DNA from: Patescibacteria group bacterium
GTDB lineage: Bacteria > Patescibacteriota > Patescibacteriia > JACRDY01
Length of the DNA stretch: 64,000 nt
Assembly: GCA_041650515.1 (NCBI GenBank)
Contig: JBAZLA010000005.1
Coordinates: 2,034-66,033 of the forward strand
Direction: 5' to 3'
This document shows, one piece after another, positions 50,680 through 60,911 of the stretch. A program made the position numbers and the translations under genes. Position 1 is the stretch's first letter; each line of letters opens with the position of its first letter. Below the pieces are notes generated by a model that made no database searches, was not told where the DNA came from, and worked only from the letters and a program-made list of their open reading frames with translations.

Positions 50680-52578
50680 ATGCTAGCGGATATTATTCCG
50701 GCAATCCGTTTACCCCGTAATTTAACCACCTTTACTTATAAAGTTAAACCTGAGCAGGAAAAACAAATCAAAGTTGGACAGATAGTCCAAATTTATTTTC
50801 GTCAAAAAAAAGTTCAAGGTTTAGTTATTAAGGTTAGACAAGATGCTAGTCAGCGATTGAGTTTTCCACTTAAGCCGATTGAAGCTATTGTCGATTTTAA
50901 TCCCCTCTTTACCACTAGCCAATTTGAGTTAAGCCAATGGCTCAGCAACAATTATTTTGTTGCCCCAAGTTTGGTGATTAAATCAATGTTGCCACAAATT
51001 CCGCGACATAAAACGGCTGTTAACCGTTTGCCAGCTATTGGTTTAATTAGTTTTACTGCTCAAACCGTTCCCCTACCCAACTTAAATCAGAAGGTATTAT
51101 TAAAATATTTTACTGATGCCTATAAAAATAATTTTATTTACTCATTGATTGTTCAGACAATTAAAAACAATAAACAGGTGCTGATATTGGTGCCCCAAGT
51201 TGATGATTTGATCGGAGTTGGTGGTTATTTAGATAACAATTTAAGAAATCTGGCAGTGTTTTTGACTAATAATTTGAACAAAAACACATATTATCAAGCT
51301 TGGCAAAAAATTATTAGTGGTCAGGCTAAGATCATTATTGGCACTCGTTCAGCCGTTTTTTCCCCGTTGGTTAATTTAGGATTAATAGTTTTAGAAAATG
51401 AGCATGATTCGAGTTATAAACAGTGGGATCAAAATCCGCGGTACGATGCGCGAGAAGTTAGCTTGGAGTTAGCTAGGTTGGTTAGAGCTAAGATAGTTTT
51501 TGCTAGTTACGCGCCACGAGTAGAGACATATTATTTAGCCAAAAATAAAAATGATTTTGGGTATATTGAGGAAAAAAACAATTCGCGCCAAGTTATTCCG
51601 ATTGACCTAGCAATGGAAATAAAATCTGGCAATTATTCTTTATTATCAGAACAATTAACTCAAAAGATTATTGAGGCTAAAGTAAATAAACAAAAAGTGG
51701 TCTTATACCTTAATCGTCGAGGGGTAGCTAGTTTTGTTGTTTGTGGTGATTGCCAATATGTTTTTACTTGTCATAATTGTCAGACTGCCTTGCCCTATCA
51801 CCGTGATGGTAAATTAGTTTGTCATCACTGTGGGTTTGATAAAAATTTGCCAGCCAGTTGTCCTAATTGCCAGGGTCAAAATTTTAAGTTTCCAGGTAGA
51901 GGGACACAAAAGCTAGAAAACCAATTGCAAACAATTTGGCCGGGTTGCCGGATATTAAGATTAGATGGCGATGTTGATTTAAAAAAAATCGATCAACAAA
52001 AGATTGATTTAGCTGATATTTATTTAGGAACCGAGATGGTTTTTAAAAAAGTTAATTGGCAATCTGTCGGAGTAGTCGCTATTTTATTTATGGATAATAT
52101 TTTTTATGTTCCAGAGTTTAGAAGTGCTGAGAAAATTTGGCAGATATTAAATTTGTTATTGACTAAATCTATTTTTAGCTTGACTAGTAAAATTTATTTT
52201 CAAACTTTCAAAATAGACCATCCGATTATCCGCAATTTTATTGCTGGCCAAAGTGACTTATTCTATCAGCGGGAAATAGCTGAACGTCAGTTGGGTGGCT
52301 ATCCGCCGTTTGGTTATTTAGCTAAATTAATTTATCGGCACTCTAGCCGATCAATCGCCGAAAATAGAGCTAACTCTTTATATCAAGAGTTGACTAAAAT
52401 AGCCGAAAAAGATAAAATGCTACTTCAGATTAGTCCCCCAGCTTTGGCTTATACTCAGAAGATTCGTGGTCGTTTTGAATATAAAATAATTCTTCGATCT
52501 AGTGTGGTAATGAATAATATTTTAAAGAATATACCCGATGATTGGCTGATAGACGTTCAACCCGAGAGTTTATTATAA
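50680..52578 (+). CDS. priA: primosomal protein N' (PriA) homolog with degenerate Walker A
   Basis: PriA 3'BD N-terminus, helicase motifs IIGTRSAVF and VLENEHDSSYKQ (DExH), and the Cys-rich Zn module CGDCQYVFTCHNCQTALPYHRDGKLVCHHCG...CPNCQG. The expected GxGKT P-loop is absent (IYSLIVQTIKNNKQ in its place). Confidence 0.75.
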   Translation: MLADIIPAIRLPRNLTTFTYKVKPEQEKQIKVGQIVQIYFRQKKVQGLVIKVRQDASQRLSFPLKPIEAIVDFNPLFTTSQFELSQWLSNNYFVAPSLVIKSMLPQIPRHKTAVNRLPAIGLISFTAQTVPLPNLNQKVLLKYFTDAYKNNFIYSLIVQTIKNNKQVLILVPQVDDLIGVGGYLDNNLRNLAVFLTNNLNKNTYYQAWQKIISGQAKIIIGTRSAVFSPLVNLGLIVLENEHDSSYKQWDQNPRYDAREVSLELARLVRAKIVFASYAPRVETYYLAKNKNDFGYIEEKNNSRQVIPIDLAMEIKSGNYSLLSEQLTQKIIEAKVNKQKVVLYLNRRGVASFVVCGDCQYVFTCHNCQTALPYHRDGKLVCHHCGFDKNLPASCPNCQGQNFKFPGRGTQKLENQLQTIWPGCRILRLDGDVDLKKIDQQKIDLADIYLGTEMVFKKVNWQSVGVVAILFMDNIFYVPEFRSAEKIWQILNLLLTKSIFSLTSKIYFQTFKIDHPIIRNFIAGQSDLFYQREIAERQLGGYPPFGYLAKLIYRHSSRSIAENRANSLYQELTKIAEKDKMLLQISPPALAYTQKIRGRFEYKIILRSSVVMNNILKNIPDDWLIDVQPESLL

Positions 52579-52592
52579 TTTTTATTTTAGAT

Positions 52593-53066
52593 ATGTTAAA
52601 AATTTTAGTTGATCCTAACCCCAAACTGAGAAAAAAGTCTAAGCGGGTGACTAAGAACGAGCTAGGTAGCGCCAGTTTCCAGGATTTTATCCGCCAACTG
52701 TCGACAACAATGCAAGAAGCCGACGGTATTGGTATTGCTGCTCCGCAAGTCGGTCAGAATATTAGGTTGATTGTTATTAATACTGATCAGGGTCCCCAGC
52801 CGATGATCAATCCGGTAGTATTGTGGAAATCGTTAACTAAAGAGTTAGGTGAAGAAGGGTGTTTATCTGTGCCTGGTATTTTTGGTTTAGTTAAGAGAGC
52901 AAAAATTATTCTTTTGACCTATGTAGATTGGGCTGGCAAACGTCATCAGATTAGGGCTAAAGGGTTATTTGCTCGCGTTATACAGCATGAGGTTGATCAT
53001 TTAGATGGTATTCTTTTTATTGATAAAGCTGAAAAAGTAATTAGTAATAAAGATTTAAAGCCATAA
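52593..53066 (+). CDS. def: peptide deformylase
   Basis: Motifs GIGIAAPQVG, EGCLSVPG and HEVDHLDG. The ORF is open from 52542; the start was placed at MLKILVD. Confidence 0.9.
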   Translation: MLKILVDPNPKLRKKSKRVTKNELGSASFQDFIRQLSTTMQEADGIGIAAPQVGQNIRLIVINTDQGPQPMINPVVLWKSLTKELGEEGCLSVPGIFGLVKRAKIILLTYVDWAGKRHQIRAKGLFARVIQHEVDHLDGILFIDKAEKVISNKDLKP

Positions 53067-53068
53067 TT

Positions 53069-53953
53069 ATGGATTGGCAGAAAGCTAAAATTATTTTTCT
53101 AGGAACCCCCAATTTTGGGGTGCCAATTTTATTTAATTTGATAAAGAGCCATTATAATATTATCGCAGTTATTAGTCAGCCAGATCGACCGGTTGGCCGT
53201 CAGCAAATAATCGAAGTGACGCCAGTCAAAAAAGTAGCCCTAGAGAATAAAATATTAGTTGAACAATTTGAAAGTTTGCGTACGGCGAACGCTGTTAATT
53301 TTATTAAGAAGAATGAGCCTGATTTACTAGTGGTAGTGGCCTATGGCCAGATTATCCCCCAGACGATACTAGATATACCCAAATATGGTTGTTTAAATAT
53401 CCACCCATCATTATTACCTAAATATCGTGGTGCTTCCCCAGTGGCTGCGGCCATTTTAAACGGTGATCAAGAAACCGGCGTGACTATTATAAAACTAGAC
53501 GACAAAATTGATCATGGGTCAATTGTCAGCCAAAGTGTGTTTACTATCCTAGAAGATGACAATACTGAGAGTTTGGAAAATAGTTTAGCTTGTGAAGGTG
53601 CGGAATTATTAGCTAAAGTTTTACCTGATTATTTAGCCGATAAAATTATTGCTCAACCACAGGATGATTCTTTGGCTACTTATACTAAAATCTTAACCAA
53701 AAATGATGGCCAGATTGATTGGCAAAAAACCCCCTTGGAGATTGATTGCCAAATTAGAGCTTTATACCCTTGGCCAGGCACCTGGACAACTCATCACGGG
53801 AAGAATATCAAAATAATCCGCGCCCACATTGAGGCCCAGAAATTGAAAATTGATCTAATGCAACCGGCAGGTAAATTGCCGATGAGTTATAAGGAATTTG
53901 TTAATGGCTACGGTCAGTTAGAATCGGATAAAGTACTTAACAATAGCAAATAG
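53069..53953 (+). CDS. fmt: methionyl-tRNA formyltransferase
   Basis: N-terminal formyltransferase domain (IIFLGTPNFGVPIL, HPSLLPKYRGASP) and a C-terminal tRNA-binding domain. Confidence 0.9.
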   Translation: MDWQKAKIIFLGTPNFGVPILFNLIKSHYNIIAVISQPDRPVGRQQIIEVTPVKKVALENKILVEQFESLRTANAVNFIKKNEPDLLVVVAYGQIIPQTILDIPKYGCLNIHPSLLPKYRGASPVAAAILNGDQETGVTIIKLDDKIDHGSIVSQSVFTILEDDNTESLENSLACEGAELLAKVLPDYLADKIIAQPQDDSLATYTKILTKNDGQIDWQKTPLEIDCQIRALYPWPGTWTTHHGKNIKIIRAHIEAQKLKIDLMQPAGKLPMSYKEFVNGYGQLESDKVLNNSK

Positions 53954-55344
53954 CCGATGCCCAACGGATGGTTGAGATAGGGCGAGAAAATATTAGTGAC
54001 TATAATACCAATTAGGCCGACTAACAAACCCACGGCCATTTTTTGTTGACTTAATCTTTTAATAATTTGCCAAATCAGTAGTAAGTAGGTTACTAATCCA
54101 GCCAGGCCGATTTTAAGTAGAATATCTAGATAACCCCATTCAAATGCATAAGTGGTATAGCGTCCATCTGGCGCTTTTTCTAATATTCGAGGGTCACGAG
54201 AAAAATAAGTTACGGTGGTCCCAAAACCGGAGCCGATGATTGGGTGTTTCATTATGGCTAAACCGAGCGGTTTTAATTGATTAAAACGACTAACGCCAGC
54301 TGCTTCAGTTAGATCAGTCAAACGTCTAGATAGCAAATCGCCGGTTCCCTGGCCGGCTAAAACAATAATTAAACCAAATTCACAAATAGTGATCATAGCC
54401 AGAATGCCCAGCCAGGTGGCAATTTTGCGCCAGTTGATTTGGTATTTAAATAGTATCCAGACGATTAGTGCTATTAAAGAGATTATTAAACCCAGCCAAA
54501 AACTTCTGGAAAGCGAAAGATAAACCGTAAGAAGTGAGATGGTAATTAGTAGCCAGGTAATTTTTTTATTTTTTGATGTTTGGTTATCCCCGAGTACAAT
54601 ATTACTGGCTAAAATTAAAAAACCAATCAGACTATAAATTTGGCTTTGTAAAAAAATTCGCCAAAGATTATTACCACTATAGGTGATTTCACCCCAGCGT
54701 AAATCTCTAATAAATTTATAAAGATGACCAGCTAACCAATTAATGTTCTGAGTAAAAATTATGAAAGAGAAAAAAGTTATTAAAAAATTTATGGTTATCC
54801 CAGCACCCAGTAGCACTAAAATCTTGGGAGTTTTGTCTTTACCTAAAAAATCATAGAAAGGTAAAATATAAAAAAAGTAGATCCAAGCGTTGCTATCAAA
54901 AAATATATTGGCGAAGGTATTTTGGCGGACAAAACCCCAGATTACTCCCCAGAGTATAAATATTCCCAGGATAAGATAATATTTTTTTAAACTTTTTTCT
55001 CTAATCCGTAGCAAGGGTTGTAGTTTTTTTGTTCTAATTAAATTAATAATCAATTTAGCCAACCAGACTGACATAATTATCAAAAAAATGCTGATTCTAA
55101 TCGGAATTTGTAGGCCGTCAAGATTAAAAGCTAGAATTTGGCCAAAAGAGCCAATAAACAATTCACCCAGGACGATATAAAGTCCGTATTCTAAATTATA
55201 AATCGCGAGGAGTAATATGGCTAAATTAACGGCTAACCAAACTGGGTTATTTAGGCTGTTTTGCCAGAAAGTAAGAATCGACAACCCAGTAATTATGGTT
55301 AATCCTAGTAAACTTTGAAAATAAAATTTTTTATCAAAATTCAT
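53914..55344 (-). CDS. O-antigen ligase / polymerase-like polytopic membrane protein (Wzy_C family)
   Basis: ~12 TM helices with a periplasmic loop carrying the LSLSRSFWLGLI motif typical of the O-antigen ligase family. Confidence 0.6.
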   Translation of the reverse strand: MNFDKKFYFQSLLGLTIITGLSILTFWQNSLNNPVWLAVNLAILLLAIYNLEYGLYIVLGELFIGSFGQILAFNLDGLQIPIRISIFLIIMSVWLAKLIINLIRTKKLQPLLRIREKSLKKYYLILGIFILWGVIWGFVRQNTFANIFFDSNAWIYFFYILPFYDFLGKDKTPKILVLLGAGITINFLITFFSFIIFTQNINWLAGHLYKFIRDLRWGEITYSGNNLWRIFLQSQIYSLIGFLILASNIVLGDNQTSKNKKITWLLITISLLTVYLSLSRSFWLGLIISLIALIVWILFKYQINWRKIATWLGILAMITICEFGLIIVLAGQGTGDLLSRRLTDLTEAAGVSRFNQLKPLGLAIMKHPIIGSGFGTTVTYFSRDPRILEKAPDGRYTTYAFEWGYLDILLKIGLAGLVTYLLLIWQIIKRLSQQKMAVGLLVGLIGIIVTNIFSPYLNHPLGIGYLLLLSTLSDSN

Positions 55345-56208
55345 TTATAAATCTTTATTCTTTTTTTTAATTTTAAATAATTGGACTAACCAAGCTAGAA
55401 CTAGACTCAAGCCAGCGCCGGGTAGTAAAATTAAATAAGCGCCAATCCCCTGTTGTTTTTTAAAGTAGTATAATAGACTTTTAACAAACATTTTTTGTTT
55501 AGTCAGGGGTAGATATTTGTCAGCCGTGTAACCTTTTAGATGAATTATCTGAGCAATCGGAGTATAAATAATTTGCCAACCAGCATTTTTAGTACGCTGA
55601 CAATAGTCAACGTCATCAAACCAAAAAAAAGTATTTTGATCTAATCCGCCGATTTGGTTGACCACCGCTCGTCTGATCAACATAAAAGCGCCCATGATTT
55701 GGTCGACTTCTGCCTCGTGGTTATAGTCAAAGTCTGAATAAAGATAATGCTTAATTGCATTAGGGAAAAAATTGGGTAATTTAGTCAAAATAACCATTTG
55801 ATCCCAGAGTCGCGGGTTACGACGAACCGAGGGTTGTAAAGTCTGGTCGATATTTAAGAGTTTACACCCAGCCAGGCCAGCCTGAGGGTGTACGCGCATA
55901 TAACTAATCATTGTTGGTAGGCAATTAGGCAAAACTTCTGTGTCAGAATTTAGAAGTAGGATAAAATCACCAGTTGATATTTTGATCCCTTGATTATTGG
56001 CAAAAGCGTAACCAGTATTAATATTGTTGGTGATTATTTTAACCTGCGAGAATCGGTTTTTAGTCATCTGGATACTATCGTCAGTTGAAGCATTGTCAAT
56101 CACAATAATCTCAAAATCAAGATTAGCAGTATTATTATAAATCGAAGCTAGACATTTTTTCAATAACTCGCAAGTATTACGGTTAACAATAATGATTGAT
56201 AAATCCAT
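55345..56208 (-). CDS. glycosyltransferase family 2
   Basis: LSIIIVNRNT...VIDNASTDDS GT-A signature. Confidence 0.8.
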   Translation of the reverse strand: MDLSIIIVNRNTCELLKKCLASIYNNTANLDFEIIVIDNASTDDSIQMTKNRFSQVKIITNNINTGYAFANNQGIKISTGDFILLLNSDTEVLPNCLPTMISYMRVHPQAGLAGCKLLNIDQTLQPSVRRNPRLWDQMVILTKLPNFFPNAIKHYLYSDFDYNHEAEVDQIMGAFMLIRRAVVNQIGGLDQNTFFWFDDVDYCQRTKNAGWQIIYTPIAQIIHLKGYTADKYLPLTKQKMFVKSLLYYFKKQQGIGAYLILLPGAGLSLVLAWLVQLFKIKKKNKDL

Positions 56209-56212
56209 AGAA

Positions 56213-56911
56213 TTAGCTATATTTTCCCTGTCGGTCGTTTATTCTAACTTTTAAAACTTCAACCAATGTTTTGAAGTAGTCTTTAGCTTTAACTTTAGTG
56301 TCAGGATCATTGAGCCAACGGACGCCGACTTCTTTTATTTTATAACCTTTCTTTTCGGCCAAATAAAGAAGCTCAAAGTCAAAACCCCAGCGATCAATAG
56401 TCTGTTGATTAAAAATATCCAAAACGTCACGTTTAAATATTTTAAAACCACATTGAGTGTCTTTTATCCCTAGCCCTAAGATCAGTTGAATTAGTTTGTT
56501 ACCTAAGATACCCAGATTCCGTTTGTACCATGGTTGTTTAATCACAACGTTGGAATCAGGCAAAGCGCGGGAACCAATAACGATATCAAATTCATTGAGA
56601 TATTTTTTCAATTTATTAAATTCTTCGATTGGTGTAGATAAATCAGCGTCGGTAAATAAAATGATTTCACCGCTAGCGGCTTGGCAACCAATTTTTACCG
56701 TATAACCCTTGCCTTTATTGTGGTTATTAGTTAAGAGTTTAATTTCTGCACGATTAATTAAAATTTTTAAAGTTTGGTCAGTGCTACCATCATCAACGAC
56801 GATAATTTCGTAATCTAAATTTTGATTAGCAAAAAAAGTAGCTATTCTATCTAGAGTTTGGTTGATAACCGTGGATTCGTTGTAGCAAGGGATAACTACT
56901 GATATTTGCAT
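56213..56911 (-). CDS. polyprenol-phosphate sugar synthase-like GT2 (DPM1/ArnC-like)
   Basis: ISVVIPCYNES...VVDDGSTDQT, ~230 aa soluble GT2. Confidence 0.8.
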   Translation of the reverse strand: MQISVVIPCYNESTVINQTLDRIATFFANQNLDYEIIVVDDGSTDQTLKILINRAEIKLLTNNHNKGKGYTVKIGCQAASGEIILFTDADLSTPIEEFNKLKKYLNEFDIVIGSRALPDSNVVIKQPWYKRNLGILGNKLIQLILGLGIKDTQCGFKIFKRDVLDIFNQQTIDRWGFDFELLYLAEKKGYKIKEVGVRWLNDPDTKVKAKDYFKTLVEVLKVRINDRQGKYS

Positions 56912-57087
56912 AGGCGTGGTGGTTGACTATATTTTAGCTAATTTTAATTAAAAAATAAAGGCCCAGAGTGAGGCCCCTATTTTTCTGCTCCAACCTGGAT
57001 TACATTTTTTTCTTGTATTTGACTAGAAAAATTAGCGCCGCTACTGAGACTACTAGCAAAATAAGGAAAAAAACAGTTTGCATAGTT

Positions 57088-58290
57088 TTATCTTAGTTGA
57101 TCAAATAAATATTTTAACATCAACTCCGCTCGGCTGAACCAACTATCATCGGCGATTACTTCGCGGCGGGTTTGGCGTAGTTGATCATTGTCTTCGCGCA
57201 AGGCTAGTTGGATCTTACTATTGAAGTCTTCAGGATTATTAGCTAGATATAAAATGTTGCCAAAAGTGCTAATTCCAGCGACTGAGGTGGTAATAGTTGG
57301 TATGCCAACAGCTGAATACTCGTAGAGTTTTAATGGGTTCATTGATTTGGTGAACTCGTTAATTTTGTGTGGGATAATGCCGGCGTTAAACGTATGCAAA
57401 TAGTGAGGTAATTTTTGATATGAGATAAACGGAATCAGATAAATATTTTTGTAGTTTTGTAGCTTTTTTTTGATAATCTTATTGTAATTTTTCCAAACCT
57501 GGGTGCCAATTAGGACTATTGATTTGTCAGGATTTTTTTGGGCAACATATTCTATCAATTCTAAATCCAAACGACCCTGGACCACCCCATGGTAGCCAAT
57601 GATTGGTCGAGGTATATTCTTGAGTTCAGCTGGTTCTTGATAGTCTTTTTTAGGTAGCATAAAATGTTCAGGATTAATACCGTTGGGTATCCAATAACAA
57701 TTTTTACGTTCTTCAAATAATTGATGTTTTAAATAGTCAGAAACAGTGAATATTATGTCGGCGTCCTGGCGGATGATTTGGTAGCCAATCCTTAGCTCAT
57801 CTTTGTATTTTTGAAAAGCTGGGTGCTCTGACCAATTGTCAACGGCATCAAAAACAAAAGCTCGGCGTTCTATATTTTTTTTGCAAACATCTTCTAAAAT
57901 GCAAGTAAATAGTGGGTTATATGACCAGAAAACAATATTATCCAGATTTAAAATCTTAATGATTTTTTTTAGTTCTTTAGTGACGGTTTGGTGAGAATAA
58001 ATTGAATCAATAGTTGAATAAATATAGAGTTTACTATTAACTCGATGGCAGGAGCTAGTTAAGTCGCCATAAACGATCTCAATATCATCCATCTCTCCCC
58101 ACATTATATTTTCCCAATAAATTTTGGCAACTTTTCTCCAGTTGAACGGTAAAAAATCGATCGAGATAATTTTGTCTATCCGTTCATCTTTTTGTAGCTC
58201 GTTTAAAATATGATAATTACGATTAACTTGCCCCTTTTGCCAGTCCGTGTAGTGGGACATGGAAAACATAATAATATTGATTTTTTCCAT
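57088..58290 (-). CDS. glycosyltransferase (GT-B, GT4-like C-terminal domain)
   Basis: C-terminal LKLYEYSAVGIPTITT resembles the GT1/GT4 E-x7-E region. N-terminal domain divergent. Confidence 0.55.
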   Translation of the reverse strand: MEKINIIMFSMSHYTDWQKGQVNRNYHILNELQKDERIDKIISIDFLPFNWRKVAKIYWENIMWGEMDDIEIVYGDLTSSCHRVNSKLYIYSTIDSIYSHQTVTKELKKIIKILNLDNIVFWSYNPLFTCILEDVCKKNIERRAFVFDAVDNWSEHPAFQKYKDELRIGYQIIRQDADIIFTVSDYLKHQLFEERKNCYWIPNGINPEHFMLPKKDYQEPAELKNIPRPIIGYHGVVQGRLDLELIEYVAQKNPDKSIVLIGTQVWKNYNKIIKKKLQNYKNIYLIPFISYQKLPHYLHTFNAGIIPHKINEFTKSMNPLKLYEYSAVGIPTITTSVAGISTFGNILYLANNPEDFNSKIQLALREDNDQLRQTRREVIADDSWFSRAELMLKYLFDQLR

Positions 58291-58292
58291 AG

Positions 58293-59414
58293 TTATTCGC
58301 TTAGTAGTTTTTCTAATTTTTTAGCCTCTATCTCCCAACTAAAATTTTTTGCCCACCGTCTGCCCTGCTCACCTATTTTTTCAGTTAGATCATTATTAGT
58401 TAGTAGACTAACGACTTGTTCGCTGATTTTTGTAATATCGGTTGGATTAATTTGAAAGCCAGTTTGACCATTAACAACTGCTTCAGCTTCTCCACCCTGA
58501 TCGCCACTAATTGTCGGCTTGCCAAAGCTATTAGCTTCTAAATAAACCAGACCGAATCCCTCAACGTCATAGTTATTAATATTACGCGAGGGCATAATGA
58601 ATAGATCGGCAATTTGATAATACGCGGGTAATTCTTGGTCGGTTATAAAGCCAGTAAAGAGCACATTTTCTTCTAAATCAAGCTGTTTTGTTAATTCTAG
58701 CAAATTTTCTTTGTTCTGGCCATCACCAACAATTAAGTAAGCCGTCTCTGGTACGGTGGCTAAGATTTTGGGCAGGGCTCGGATTACTTGATCATGGCCT
58801 TTTCGTTTGACCAGCCGGCCAACTGTTAAAATTATTTTTTTGTTTTCTAGATTGTATTTTTGTTTGATCTTTTGGCAGTCGTGTTGTGATGGTAGTTGGT
58901 GAAAGGCTGGACAAGGATAGATTTTAGTTATTTTGTTTTCGGGGACGCCTAATTCTAGGATCAGATTTTTAGTAAAATTACTGTTGACGGTAACTTGGTT
59001 AGCATTATTAAGAATTCTTTTACCTAATAATTTTTTGCGAGTATTTGAGTATAAAATAAGAGCTACATCCATGCCGTGGCTGTTAACGATATAAGGTAAT
59101 TTTAATAGTCGGCTGACTAGATAGACTGCGGTGCCAACCGGCAAGGGTTGGGCGACCCAGATAATTTCAATTTTTTCTGTTTTAATAATTTTGTAGATAT
59201 GCCAGAGCATTGGTAACCATTTAGGCCAAAACGCCCAAAATAAACTTCGTCGATAGATTTTACAACTAGATATATCGTCGTGGTAATTTTTTATTTTTGG
59301 CGCCAAAACTACTAAACTCTCCCTTGGTAAATTAGCGGCTAAATTAGCTAAATAGCGTGCCACACCGCCACTTTGGGGTAAAAAATCAATTGTTACTAGT
59401 AGGGTTTTTTTCAT
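58293..59414 (-). CDS. glycosyltransferase family 4
   Basis: VEGFGLVYLEANSFGKPTISGDQGG E-x7-E motif. Confidence 0.85.
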   Translation of the reverse strand: MKKTLLVTIDFLPQSGGVARYLANLAANLPRESLVVLAPKIKNYHDDISSCKIYRRSLFWAFWPKWLPMLWHIYKIIKTEKIEIIWVAQPLPVGTAVYLVSRLLKLPYIVNSHGMDVALILYSNTRKKLLGKRILNNANQVTVNSNFTKNLILELGVPENKITKIYPCPAFHQLPSQHDCQKIKQKYNLENKKIILTVGRLVKRKGHDQVIRALPKILATVPETAYLIVGDGQNKENLLELTKQLDLEENVLFTGFITDQELPAYYQIADLFIMPSRNINNYDVEGFGLVYLEANSFGKPTISGDQGGEAEAVVNGQTGFQINPTDITKISEQVVSLLTNNDLTEKIGEQGRRWAKNFSWEIEAKKLEKLLSE

Positions 59415-60868
59415 TGTTCTTTATTAACAAAGGAGTAATAAAGTTTTTTGACTTCTTCTTGATCGAAACCTTTTAATATATATAAGATTATAAAGTAAAT
59501 AATTCCGCCAATAGGAACTAATAAAATAAAATTAATTGCTGGTAACAGTAGCCAGATAGATATCGACATTACTGCTGTTGCTAGTATTATTTTTATTAGA
59601 TCTCGAAGTAACCCCTTTTTATTATAACTAATGACTTGGTTGGTATAATAAAAACCCAAAATGATCATTATTAAAGCTGAAACAATAGCCGCAATAGAAG
59701 CGCCAATGTAGGCGCGTTGGCCGAATAAAGGGATTAAAGTTAAATTTAGGGCAATATTTACTGCCATAGTTATACCCATATTGATAGTGTTGGTGATTTG
59801 ACGGTTGCAAGCATTAAGCAGTGAACTGAGTGGCGTGCCAACAAAATTAAAGATCAATCCAAAAATTAAAATCTGCAGCGCCACGGCGGTGGGTGCGAAT
59901 TCAACGCCGTACATCTTAATAATAATTGGTTGGGCTAAGATAACTACGCCAAAAGTTATTGGTAAAGCAATAAGTGTTAGATAATAAATTGATCGCTCAA
60001 AAGTTTTGGCTAATAATTCTTTATTAGTTACAAAGTAGTTAGACATGGCCGGAAAGATCGCCGCCGCGAAGGCCATAGGGATAAATTGTAGAGCAAAAGT
60101 AATTTTAAAACCAGCTGAATACCAACCAACCGCTTTATCACCAGCTAAAGTAGATAGCAAAACGGTATCAATATAGCCATAAACGCGAGAAAAGATTCCG
60201 GCGATGGCAAAAGGCGCGGCAATTTTAAATAAAAAAGATAGTGTTTGTTTATCAAAAGTTAGGCTAATTTTGATTTGGAATTTAGCCCTTAAGATGAAGT
60301 AAGAATAAAATAGATTAAAGACACTCCCGGCCAAGATTGCTAAGATTAGATAATAAATCGGTAGTTTTAGAAATAATATTAATAGACCGCTACAAAAGAT
60401 GATCGCTTGGCCGATCATCATGCCGATTGATTCATATTTAAGATTTTGTTTTGCCCGGATTAAGGCATAAAAGCTTAAATAAAATGAATCAAAAACCATA
60501 ATCAACCCGGCCAAATAAACCATCTGTCTAACTATTAGCTCTTTATTAATTAAATTAATGCCGATAACGACGGCTAAATAAGTTAGTAGCGAAAGAATAA
60601 CTTTGGTCGAGATAATGTTATTTAGATATTTAGTTGCCTTACTTTGATCTTTGGCAATTTCACGGGTCAAAACCGAAGAAAGCCCTAGATCAATAAAGAT
60701 ACCAAAAATAGTAGTGAATGATAGGGCAAAAATATATTTACCGATATTCTCAACCCCGATTAATCTAGCCAACAAAATAAAGTACAGAAAAGACATAATT
60801 TTCTGTACAACATAAGCGACAATAAGATAAGTGGTATTTTGGGCGATCCGAACCGGTTGGTGATTCAT
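59411..60868 (-). CDS. polysaccharide flippase (Wzx-like, MOP superfamily)
   Basis: ~14 TM helices. The N-terminal region (LIVAYVVQKIMSFLYFILLARLIG) is typical of Wzx/RfbX. Confidence 0.75.
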   Translation of the reverse strand: MNHQPVRIAQNTTYLIVAYVVQKIMSFLYFILLARLIGVENIGKYIFALSFTTIFGIFIDLGLSSVLTREIAKDQSKATKYLNNIISTKVILSLLTYLAVVIGINLINKELIVRQMVYLAGLIMVFDSFYLSFYALIRAKQNLKYESIGMMIGQAIIFCSGLLILFLKLPIYYLILAILAGSVFNLFYSYFILRAKFQIKISLTFDKQTLSFLFKIAAPFAIAGIFSRVYGYIDTVLLSTLAGDKAVGWYSAGFKITFALQFIPMAFAAAIFPAMSNYFVTNKELLAKTFERSIYYLTLIALPITFGVVILAQPIIIKMYGVEFAPTAVALQILIFGLIFNFVGTPLSSLLNACNRQITNTINMGITMAVNIALNLTLIPLFGQRAYIGASIAAIVSALIMIILGFYYTNQVISYNKKGLLRDLIKIILATAVMSISIWLLLPAINFILLVPIGGIIYFIILYILKGFDQEEVKKLYYSFVNKEQ

Positions 60869-60911
60869 AATACGCTTATTATAGCGTAGAATAAAGTAAA
60901 AAAAAAGCTAT

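Noticed and set aside
56948-56985. Possible terminator downstream of the 27-aa micro-ORF (minus strand)
   Set aside because: The candidate stem relies on a GGCC self-complementary tetramer, and flanking bases do not extend the pairing. Too weak to call.
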